Positions 8,694 to 16,900 of a stretch of 35,718 nucleotides of DNA are shown one piece after another. The DNA is from an uncultured bacterium (GTDB taxonomy: Bacteria; Oederibacteriota; Muellerivitia; Muellerivitales; Muellerivitaceae): assembly GCA_964560635.1 (NCBI GenBank), contig CAZLND010000001.1:1-35718 (forward strand), in the 5' to 3' direction. The position numbers and the translations under genes were made by a program. Below the pieces are notes generated by a model. It saw nothing but the letters and a program-made list of their open reading frames with translations. It ran no database searches and was not told the DNA's origin. The stretch's first letter is position 1. The number at the start of each line of letters is the position of its first letter.

Positions 8694-9080
8694 TTGAACA
8701 AGCGGCTCAGCGTTTTTATCTTTTGCGCTTTAGCGCCCATCGGTCCGGTTCTCTGGGCCCAGAACTCCGACGGTTCGGACAACGGATTGAGCCTCACCAG
8801 CAATCCCGACAAGCGGCATCAAGCGCTCAACCAGCGTCAGGTCCTGCGGTCCAAATACAAGGGACCCAAAACCACCTTGCCTAACGCTAACCAAAGCAAG
8901 AACCGGGCTTACTCCTTGAAGCCCAAAGTCACGGAAGTAAAGAATGGTCCCATAACACTGGTGAACCCGCTTACCCCTGTTCCCACTCTCGCCCCCATCA
9001 TCCCCAGGGACGCCAAGGGAAACCCCATCACCCTTTGGGCGCCTGGGAAGAAGATCGACCTGCCCACTTCCTCCAAGTAG
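8694..9080 (+). CDS. Hypothetical secreted protein, low-complexity (128 aa)
   Basis: TTG start preceded by GGGAGAGGAAA. Signal peptide MNKRLSVFIFCALAPIGPVLWAQ. The frame has coding-like third positions. Confidence 0.6.
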   Translation: MNKRLSVFIFCALAPIGPVLWAQNSDGSDNGLSLTSNPDKRHQALNQRQVLRSKYKGPKTTLPNANQSKNRAYSLKPKVTEVKNGPITLVNPLTPVPTLAPIIPRDAKGNPITLWAPGKKIDLPTSSK

Positions 9081-9198
9081 CGGTCCTTAAGCCGAAAAGC
9101 CCTTTTCATCCCCATCTTCCTGAATGGCCCGATCCTGGGAACTTTCGGGAACTTCCCGTGTCTTATCCACTGAAGGTGATCATTACCGGAGGTGGAAA

Positions 9199-10917
9199 AT
9201 GAAAGCGAGACATTCTTCTTATAGAAGGCGGCAAAATCCCTGGGTTTGGTTGCTGGCGTTCCTTTGCGCCGGGTTCCTGGCCCCACTGGTATTTGGAGAA
9301 GTGACGGCGGAAACCTACCCCAGCCAGGTCACGGTGTTCCCGGATGGGGCTCGGGTGACTCGCCAGGGCTACTTAGAACTCAAAGGCGGGATCCAGCAAG
9401 TGCTCTTTCCTGACCTGCCAGCCTCGGTGGTGGAGTCTTCCCTGAGATTGACGGTGGAAGGGCCATCAGGAACCAAGCTTTACGGGGTCTCCCTGCGCCA
9501 GGATTACGGTTCCCAGATTATCGAAAAGAGGACCCGGATCTTGAAGGAGAAGCTCCAAGTCCTTTTGGACCAGAAAACGGACCTGGCCGACCATATCGAG
9601 GCCCGAAAGACCGAGATCGAACTCCTGAAGGAGCTGGCCAAGGAGGGGTCCAAGACCGCCGCCAACCAAGCCCCCACCCGGTCCCAGACCTTGGTGGACT
9701 TCACCCTGTCCGCTGGGGCGGTGGGCAAGCGGCTCATTCTGCTACAAAGCTTGTCCCGGAAGGATGAGCGGCTGGTAAGGGCCCTGGACCTGAAGATCGC
9801 CGTCTTGAACCAGGAACTAGCCCAAAGCGGGACTCCGGACCGGGAGAAAAGGACCGCCCAGGCGGACCTGGAGCTTCCCCAGGCCGGGACCACCCGATTC
9901 ACCCTGACCTACCAGGTGGCGAACGCTTCCTGGAATCCCCTTTACGACCTTCGCCTCGCCACCGAGGGGGCCAAACCCTCCTTGGCCCTGGATTTCAACG
10001 CCTCCATCCGCCAAAAGACCGGGGAGGACTGGAACGGGGTCGCCCTGACCCTTTCCACTGCCCGCCCCACGGAAGGAACCCAAGTGCCCGACCCCAGCGA
10101 TTGGTGGCTGGATTTCATGAACGCGCCTATCCGCACTTTATATAAAAAGGCCAAAGCTTTTGGCCGGCCGGAACTGCCCGAGTCCAGTGTGCGAGCCAAC
10201 TTTGCCCTTTCCAATAGCGCCGAGGATAAGGACGAAGCCGATGAACCGGCCCCCGCCCAGGTGGTCACGGCCCAAACCGTTCAATCGGCCTATACCATGA
10301 CCTTCGTCCTGCCCGTATCCCGGGATATCCCCTCGGACGGCACGGATCACCGGGTGGGCATCGCCCAAACCTCCCATCCCGTGGACTTGACCCTGGTGGT
10401 GGTGCCTCGTTTGTCCCAGGCCGCTTACCTGGAAGCCAAGGTCACCTACGGTGGCGAGCAGGGGCTCTTACCGGGCCAAGCCCAGCTCTTCCGTGATGGG
10501 GACTTCGTCGGGAGCACCTATCTGAAAGCCAAAGCGCCGGGCGAGAGTTTCGACCTCGGCTTCGGTCAGGACGATCAAGTGCAAGTGGAGCGCAAACTCC
10601 TGAAGAACCAACAAGGAGAGGCAGGCGGGCTCTTCGACGTGGATAAGGGTGAGCGGCTTTATCAATGGGTCACCACCTTGGCCAATTACCATAGCGGGGA
10701 GCGTACCCTTGAGGTGCGGGAGCAACTACCCCGGTCGCGCGAAAAGGACATCACTGTCAACGGCATGGACATGAGCCCCAAGCCGCTGGCCGAGGACGCG
10801 GACAAACCGGGATTGGTCCAATGGAAGCTGACCTTGAAGCCGAAAGAAAAGACCAAATTGACCTTCGCCTATCAGGTCAAGTTCCCCAGCGGCACGCAAG
10901 TCACCGGATTGGAATAA
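9199..10917 (+). CDS. DUF4140/DUF4139 (mucoidy-inhibitor MuiA-like) family protein with N-terminal signal/anchor
   Basis: ATG 9199 is preceded by GGAGGTGG. VTVFPDGARVTRQGYLELKGGIQQVLFPDLPASVVESSLRL is the family-typical N-terminus, followed by a coiled coil and a C-terminal beta-rich domain. The family call is from memory. Confidence 0.75.
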   Translation: MKARHSSYRRRQNPWVWLLAFLCAGFLAPLVFGEVTAETYPSQVTVFPDGARVTRQGYLELKGGIQQVLFPDLPASVVESSLRLTVEGPSGTKLYGVSLRQDYGSQIIEKRTRILKEKLQVLLDQKTDLADHIEARKTEIELLKELAKEGSKTAANQAPTRSQTLVDFTLSAGAVGKRLILLQSLSRKDERLVRALDLKIAVLNQELAQSGTPDREKRTAQADLELPQAGTTRFTLTYQVANASWNPLYDLRLATEGAKPSLALDFNASIRQKTGEDWNGVALTLSTARPTEGTQVPDPSDWWLDFMNAPIRTLYKKAKAFGRPELPESSVRANFALSNSAEDKDEADEPAPAQVVTAQTVQSAYTMTFVLPVSRDIPSDGTDHRVGIAQTSHPVDLTLVVVPRLSQAAYLEAKVTYGGEQGLLPGQAQLFRDGDFVGSTYLKAKAPGESFDLGFGQDDQVQVERKLLKNQQGEAGGLFDVDKGERLYQWVTTLANYHSGERTLEVREQLPRSREKDITVNGMDMSPKPLAEDADKPGLVQWKLTLKPKEKTKLTFAYQVKFPSGTQVTGLE

Positions 10918-10933
10918 AAACAGTTCTCAAAAA

Positions 10934-10966
10934 GGACCGGGTAATTCCCGGTCCTTTTTTGTTTTT
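10934..10966 (+). terminator. Rho-independent terminator
   Basis: GGACCGGG-taatt-CCCGGTCC followed by TTTTTTGTTTTT, starting 17 nt after the stop at 10917. Confidence 0.8.
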
Positions 10967-11239
10967 GGGCCCATTTGGGGACGCATAAAGCAGGCCAAGT
11001 CCCGGGATGGGCGTTTACCCCTTATCTATCGCCAATTGAAAGAGAAATGAAAGAAGATACGACCCAGGGCCCCATCGCTTAAAATGAACCCAGTCCAAAA
11101 CATCTTCCAACGCTTAAAGTTCCAGGACCGGTTAGTTGTTCCTCCGGTCTTTTGAAACAAACCTTTTTAATCACTATTCCAGAACGGAAGGTCTTCGATG
11201 CCTCGATCATCTTCGACCGCAGTTGATAGGGAGGTGCCA

Positions 11240-11512
11240 ATGGAAGTCATTGATAGAGTCAAGGTCCTCAACAAGCTGGGCCTGCATTTGAGAGCGGCAG
11301 CCCAATTGGTGAAGGCTTCGTCCAAGTTCAAATGCCGGGTCCTAGTGAGGAACGGCCACGGTCACGTGGATGGGAAAAGCCTTTTGAACCTCATGGCCTT
11401 GGCGGCCAATTATGGTTCGGAACTGACCTTGGTGTACCAGGGCGAGGACGCGCAAGACGCCCGGGCGACGATCAATCAGCTGTTCTTGAGCCGGTTCGGC
11501 GAGAAGGAATAG
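11240..11512 (+). CDS. ptsH: HPr-family phosphocarrier protein (paralogue 1)
   Basis: MEVIDRVKVLNKLGLHLRAAAQL gives the His-15 context and DGKSLLNLMAL the Ser-46 context. ATG 11240 is preceded by GGGAGG; the track start at 11198 adds a non-homologous leader. Confidence 0.85.
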   Translation: MEVIDRVKVLNKLGLHLRAAAQLVKASSKFKCRVLVRNGHGHVDGKSLLNLMALAANYGSELTLVYQGEDAQDARATINQLFLSRFGEKE

Positions 11513-11544
11513 TTAGGTCGTAGAAGGTCGCAGGGTGGAAAGAA

Positions 11545-11575
11545 GGGCCGGGTTCATTCCCGGTCCTTTTTTATT
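11545..11575 (+). terminator. Rho-independent terminator shared by convergent genes
   Basis: GGGCCGGG-ttcat-TCCCGGTCC (one G-U pair) followed by TTTTTTATTT. It lies between the HPr stop (11512) and the minus-strand stop at 11597. Confidence 0.7.
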
Positions 11576-11596
11576 TCCAGGTGGGCTGGGAAAGCC

Positions 11597-11914
11597 TCAA
11601 GACTGGGCCAAAACGCCTTTTTCCCGCAGGTAATCCCGGCAGTCCCGATCCATCGTGCTCAAATGCGCTCCATCCATTTCCAGCAAGCGGGGATCGCAGA
11701 AGCCGAAAGTGGGATGGTAGAGGACGTGGTCGAACTCCTGGGTGCCGTTCTCCCCCTGGATGGTGACGTTCAACAAGAAGGTGTCCAACATCTGGGATTT
11801 TCCCTTGTAGATGAATTGATGTCCCACAGGCTCCCCCGAAAACGATTTTAATGGCTGTCCCAAAATTTGGCGCGGACGCGCACGTCGAGAATCGCGATGA
11901 GGCATCTTATTCAA
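11597..11914 (-). CDS. Hypothetical small protein; start uncertain (TTG 11914, GTG 11827 or ATG 11791)
   Basis: The C-terminal ~64 codons (MLDTFLLNVTIQGENGTQEFDHVLYHPTFGFCDPRLLEMDGAHL...) have strong C/G third-position bias. The Arg-rich upstream part looks less coding. No terminator separates it from the gene at 12009. Confidence 0.5.
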   Translation of the reverse strand: MNKMPHRDSRRARPRQILGQPLKSFSGEPVGHQFIYKGKSQMLDTFLLNVTIQGENGTQEFDHVLYHPTFGFCDPRLLEMDGAHLSTMDRDCRDYLREKGVLAQS

Positions 11915-12008
11915 GGGGAAGGGGGGTCATCCAAAAGTTTTGCCGGAACGCTATGAGGATATTTTTTCTAAACCGTTTTTACCGGAATAAATCCAAGGGG
12001 AATGAAAC

Positions 12009-12536
12009 CTATCGGCTTGAGCTCTTCAAGGCGGGGTTGATCATCTGGAAGGAAGCGTGGAATTTTTTCATGCGGTCCATGTCGAAACTTTTGATCGAGG
12101 TAGTGTAGCTGACGAAGTAGAACCACTGGTTCACCAGGAAATACCGCATGACGGTCACCAATTGGTTCTCGGTATTGACCAGCTTGAACTCGCAAGCCGG
12201 CGCGCCTTGTTGCTTGAAAAACCACAGATAGGCCACTTTGCTACCCGTGTTATGGGCCAGAACGAGGGAGATCTTTTGCATGAAAGCATTGGCGTCCTTG
12301 ATCTGGGGTTCGGTATAGAGACCATAACCAACGCTATAGACCCGTTGTTCATCGTCCTCGGACCGCCACTCAGTGCGTTCCCCCTGTTTTTCTGGGTTGC
12401 CCGGCATGGAAACGGAGAAAAGGGTGGGGTTGATGGGGACTAGGTTTTTCCAGTTCGAGTCAGCTTGGACCGAAGAAGGGAACACAAGAGCGAGGGCGGT
12501 CAGAAATAGACTGAGAGTTGTCCGGGAAAGGTTCAC
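12009..12536 (-). CDS. Secreted hypothetical protein, paralogue A of 13396..13872
   Basis: GTG start in a GTGA overlap with the upstream stop. Signal peptide MNLSRTTLSLFLTALALVFPSSVQA. Shares the PACEFKL and KSFD..MKKF..SF..IN blocks with the other paralogue. Confidence 0.75.
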   Translation of the reverse strand: MNLSRTTLSLFLTALALVFPSSVQADSNWKNLVPINPTLFSVSMPGNPEKQGERTEWRSEDDEQRVYSVGYGLYTEPQIKDANAFMQKISLVLAHNTGSKVAYLWFFKQQGAPACEFKLVNTENQLVTVMRYFLVNQWFYFVSYTTSIKSFDMDRMKKFHASFQMINPALKSSSR

Positions 12537-13399
12537 TTTTTATCCGCCTTGAGTTTTTTGAGGACGCGGGTCAAACCATCCTTGCCTTGCGCGCTGCCGT
12601 TACTGGCGGCTAGGCGATACCAATGGAGCGCCTCGTCCAGGTTGGGCGCGGTCCCGGAGCCGTTCTCGTAACTCCAACCCAGTTTCACCTGGCTTGTCAC
12701 GTGGCCTTCCTGGGCCGCCTTGGTGTACCAAGCTAAAGCCTTTCCCCGGTCCTTCTTGACGCCCTGGCCGCTTTCATATTGGCTCGCCAGGGCCGCTTGA
12801 GCCTCCTTGTTCTTTTGACCAGCGGCCTTTTCGTACCATTTGGCCGAGAGGATGAAATCCCTGGGTACGCCACGGCCCAGGTAATAAATGTCCCCCAACC
12901 GGAACTGGGCGGAAGTGTCGCCTACTTCGGCGGCCTTCGTGAGCCAGCGTATCTCTTCCAAGGGGTCCAAAGGGACTCCTTTACCGTCGTGATAGAAAGA
13001 GGCCAGGTGCAATTGGGACAAAAGGTCCCCTTGTTCGGCGGCTTTCTTGTACCAATGGGCGGCTTTTTCCAAGTCCTCCTTCACTCCCAAGGCTTGTTCA
13101 CACCGTAAGCCTTGTGTGAACTGGGCGAAGGCGTCATTCCGGTCGCTGGCTTTTCCCAGCCAGATGTCCGCTTGAGCCAGGTTCTGGTTCACGCCCTGGC
13201 CGTAAAGGTACAGGAAACCGACCTGGGCTTCGGCGCGCGGGTCGCCCTTCAGGGCCTTTTCCATGAGTTCGTTGAAGTTGTATTGGATGGTGACGGGTGG
13301 ATTGAAATAAACCAGGCTGGAAGCGGGGATCTGGGACCAACCGAAGAGGGGAAAAAGGAAAAAGGTCAAAAAGTGAAAAGGTAAAAGGAACTTCCTCAT
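12533..13399 (-). CDS. Secreted Sel1-repeat (SLR/TPR-like) protein
   Basis: Signal peptide, then about 7 tandem repeats of the Sel1 signature (A.....G..Y..G.GV..D...A..WY.KAA.QG...AQ..L). Confidence 0.9.
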   Translation of the reverse strand: MRKFLLPFHFLTFFLFPLFGWSQIPASSLVYFNPPVTIQYNFNELMEKALKGDPRAEAQVGFLYLYGQGVNQNLAQADIWLGKASDRNDAFAQFTQGLRCEQALGVKEDLEKAAHWYKKAAEQGDLLSQLHLASFYHDGKGVPLDPLEEIRWLTKAAEVGDTSAQFRLGDIYYLGRGVPRDFILSAKWYEKAAGQKNKEAQAALASQYESGQGVKKDRGKALAWYTKAAQEGHVTSQVKLGWSYENGSGTAPNLDEALHWYRLAASNGSAQGKDGLTRVLKKLKADKK

Positions 13400-13872
13400 T
13401 TGCCTGGTTCGTTGATGTGGAAGGAGTCGAAGAATTTTTTCATGAGGGAAGTGTCAAAGCTTTTGTTGTCGGTGGCGAATTCAAGGATATAGACCCAGGT
13501 CTTATCCAAGATCAGGCGGCCGCCGACCACATGTTTACCGTCCGTAAGCTTGAACTCGCAGGCGGGAAGGCCTTGGACCTTGAGATATTTCTTATAGAGG
13601 AGGCGGCCATGGGTCCCTTCCACGGCGGTTTCGACGGTCTGGTCGAAATAGTCCTGCGCCTTTTTAGGCGGGTCCGTCAAATAACCCGAGCTGGCGTTAT
13701 AGGCTCGGCCCTGCGGATCCATGGACACCCATTGGGAATTGGCGGCGGGTCGGGGGGGCTGGGGCATGAGGATGGCAAAACGGCCCGAATCGAACATCTT
13801 CCATTCGGTCGAAACCGCCCAACAGGTCGCCGCGGCAAAAACGAAGATCAGGGTGATGAATGGTTTTCTCAA
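13396..13872 (-). CDS. Secreted hypothetical protein, paralogue B of 12009..12536
   Basis: The stop overlaps the Sel1 ATG (ATGA). I prefer TTG 13872 (GTGGAG 6 nt upstream, giving MRKPFITLIFVFAAATCWAVS) over the track GTG at 13890, which has no Shine-Dalgarno. Confidence 0.7.
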   Translation of the reverse strand: MRKPFITLIFVFAAATCWAVSTEWKMFDSGRFAILMPQPPRPAANSQWVSMDPQGRAYNASSGYLTDPPKKAQDYFDQTVETAVEGTHGRLLYKKYLKVQGLPACEFKLTDGKHVVGGRLILDKTWVYILEFATDNKSFDTSLMKKFFDSFHINEPGK

Positions 13873-13908
13873 AGGCGGCTCCACATCCACGTGATAAAAG
13901 ACGAGACC

Positions 13909-13936
13909 ATCTTAACAGGATGATGAAAAAGTCTAA
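13909..13936 (-). promoter_or_regulatory. Candidate sigma70-type promoter for the paralogue-Sel1 operon (TTAGAC-16 nt-TAAGAT on the minus strand)
   Basis: Hexamers read by eye between the upstream terminator (13945-13976) and the operon start. No experimental support. Confidence 0.3.
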
Positions 13937-13944
13937 AAGACCAA

Positions 13945-13976
13945 TAAAAAAGGGAGCCGCCCTTCGGCAAGCTCCC
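13945..13976 (-). terminator. Rho-independent terminator of the giant protease gene
   Basis: The minus strand reads GGGAGC-ttgccgaagggcg-GCTCCC followed by TTTTTTATT, 24 nt downstream of the stop at 14000. Confidence 0.7.
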
Positions 13977-13999
13977 TTGGATGCGACGGAACGTGGTTT

Positions 14000-16900
14000 T
14001 TAGTGGAGGATGGCCACCTTTCCACTATAGACGATGGGTTTTCCATCCGGACCCACCGCTTGGACCACATAAATATATAGGCCGCTGGCCACCAGCGCGC
14101 CCGAGTGGCTCCTCAGGTCCCAGAGGAAATCATCCCCCGTGACCGCGGTTTGATAGACCTTCTCGCCTTGAAGGGTGAAGAGGGTCAATTGGGCTTGGGT
14201 CGCGCCGGTTAGGTTGAACTTGAACCTCACCGGTGTCCCGTCCCTGGAGATGTTCGGAAGGGCGGTCACAACGCGTGAGGAGCGGTCCACCAGGGGGCCA
14301 GGCGCATATCCGGAAACTTCCGCCAGTTTGGTGGCCGGGACGGCCGATTGCGGGACGATCTGCAAGGCCGAGACCTTGGCGTTCTTGTCCGGGCTGGCCG
14401 AGGTGGTCACAAAGTTCACCACGATCTGGCCGCTGGCGTTGGGAGCGATATTGCTGAACAGTTTGTCCACCCCTATATTCATGCCTCCCGCGTCCGCGAA
14501 AATATCGAAGTTCGTCAGCACTTGCGTGCCGTTGACCGAAATGTTCTGGATCCTTCGGCCCGCCGGGCTGTCGAAGATCTCGGCGAATTTCAAGGTTACC
14601 TGATATGAGCCGGGCGTCACCGCAAAGGTATAGGTAAAGCCGGACCCGCCCCAACGCTCCCGCTGGTAAAGGGCTTGGTCGGTGGTGCAAGGCAGGGCCT
14701 TGGTAATGGCATTGGTGTTGCCATTGGTGGACCCGCCTGTGAAGTTCACGTCCGCGGCCCAGACATTGCCCTGGCAGTCCGTATAGGAAGTGGTCCTTCC
14801 GGACGCCACCCGCCAGACCGAACCGGCAAGGGGCGTATTCGTCGGGGTCGACGTGGAAGTCGCCGTCCTGGTGAAGCTAGCGGTGAAGGTGGACGTCGCC
14901 GTCCCGGTGTTAGTGGGAGGGGGCGTATTTGTCGCCGTGGAACTACTGGTGGGTGTATTCGTCACCGTAGCGCTGTTGGTGGCCGAATTCGTCGCCGTGG
15001 CCGTCGACGTAGCCGTATAGGTCGGCGTCAACGTCGGCGTATTGGTGAAGGTCGAGGTGCTCGTAGGCGTAAAACTTGCCGTCGGAGTGGAGCTCGAAGT
15101 TGGCGTGAAAGTAGCCGTGGTGGTGGAAGTCGACGTGGAGGTATTGGTCCTCGTGAAGGTCAACGTTGGCGGCACCGGGGTGTTGGTCAAGGTGGGGGTC
15201 ACGGTGACCGGTTGCGGCACCACTTGAAGGGCGTCCACCTTGGCGTTCTGGTCCGGACTGGATGAGGTTGCCGCGAAGTTCACCACGATCTGACCGCTGG
15301 CGTTGGGCGAGATGTTGTTGAAGACCTTGTCGTCGGCGATGTTCATGCCGCCCGCGTCCGCGAAGATCTCGAAATTCGTCAGCACCTGGGTGCCGTTGAT
15401 GGAGATATTCATGACCCTTTGGCCCGCCGCGGCGTCGAAGATCTCGGCGAACTTCAGCGTCACCTGGTAACTGCCCGCGGGGACATTGAAAGCGTAACTG
15501 AAGCCCGTGCCGCCCCAGCGCTCGTTCTGATAAAGGGCTTGGTCGGTCGTGCAAGGCAAGGCCTTGGTGATGGCGTTGGTGTTGCCGTTGGTGGAGCCCC
15601 CGGTGAAGCTGGAATCGGCCGCCCAGACCTTGCCCTGGCAATCGGTGTAGGAAGTGCTCCTGCCCGAAGCCACGCGCCAGCTGGTGACCGGTGTATTGGT
15701 CGAAGTGAAGGTAAAGGTAGCCGTGGGCGGGGCCGGCGTATTGGTCGGGGTCCGGGTGGCCGTGGCGGTTGGTGTGGAGGTGATGGTGGGGCTATTGGTT
15801 GAAGTGAAGCTAGCCGTAGCCGTTGGTGTGGACGTCTTGGTGGCCGTGTTGCTAGGTGTTGAGGTGATGGTAGAGGTGAAGGAAGCCGTGAAAGTCGACG
15901 TTGGCGTCCTGGTGGGCGTTGAAGTGAAGGTGGAGGTCGACGTCGAGGTGTTGGTCGGACTATTGGTCCGAGTGGCCGTATTGGTAGGCGTACTGGTCCT
16001 CGTCGGCGTGGCCGTAAAGCTATTGGTGGGTGTGGAGGTCTTGGTCGGTGTATTGGTCGGCGTGGTGGCCTGGGGGATGACCTGCAGGGCGTCGACCTTG
16101 ACGTTGGCGTCGGACCCGCCGGTGCCGGTGGAGAATGTGACGGTGATCTTGCCGCCCGAGGGGGCGATGTTGTTGAAGACCTTGTCATCAGCGATGTTGG
16201 CCCCGCCCGCGTCGGCGAAGATGTCGAAATTGGTCAGGACCTGGGTGCCGTTAATGGCCACGTTCATGATGCGCTGGCCCGCCGCTGTGTCGAAGATCTC
16301 GGCGAACTTCAAGGTCACTTGATAGGAACCCGCAGGGACATTAAAGGCGTAGGTGAAGGCCGGGCTGCCGTTGCCCCAGCGCTCGTTCTGATAGAGGGCT
16401 TGGTCGCTGGAAGCGGGCAAGGCGTTGGTGATGGTGTTGGTATTGCCGTTGGTGCCGCCGCCGGTGAAATTCTCATCCGCGGCCCAGACATGGCCCTGAC
16501 TGTCGGTAAAGGAGGATCCGCGGCCCGCGGCCACGCGCCAGGTGGAAGCCACGACCGGCGTGGGGGTGTTGGTCGGCGTCGCGGTGGGGGCGCCGACGGC
16601 CTGGGAAAGATCGTTGATCATGGATTGGCCGGTGGGCGAGCCCCAGCCGGTCACGAGGTCGAATCCGGAGACGGCCGAAAAACCGCCGTTGTTGCCGCTG
16701 GTGATGTCATGGAAGTCGGTATGGTAATTGGAGCCTTTGCCGATGTTGTAGAAGGCCGGGTTGGGGAAGCCCAGGGTGGGTTTGCCCGCGGCCACGGCCT
16801 GCTGGTTGACCAGGGCGATGAAGCCGGCCCAGGTCGGGGCCGCCACGCTGGTGCCGCCCACGTTGATGACATTCGCGCTATTGTCCGCGTAAAGCAGGCA

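Noticed and set aside
8909-9286. ORF 8909..9286(-), 125 aa.
   Set aside because: It is antisense to the better-supported secreted-protein gene and to the start of the DUF4139 gene, with no Shine-Dalgarno and a Gly/Arg/Pro-rich composition.
10970-11197. Mini-ORFs in the spacer before HPr: MKEDTTQGPIA (11 aa) and MNPVQNIFQRLKFQDRLVVPPVF (23 aa).
   Set aside because: They are too short to support from sequence alone, and there is no conservation evidence. The second runs through a hairpin that is more simply read as an RNA structure.
14825-16072. Periodic ACC/GGT-rich DNA that could be mistaken for a CRISPR array or satellite.
   Set aside because: There is no constant repeat unit alternating with unique spacers. 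The periodicity is codon-level (Thr-Pro-Thr-Asn-Thr linkers) and stays in frame within the protease gene.
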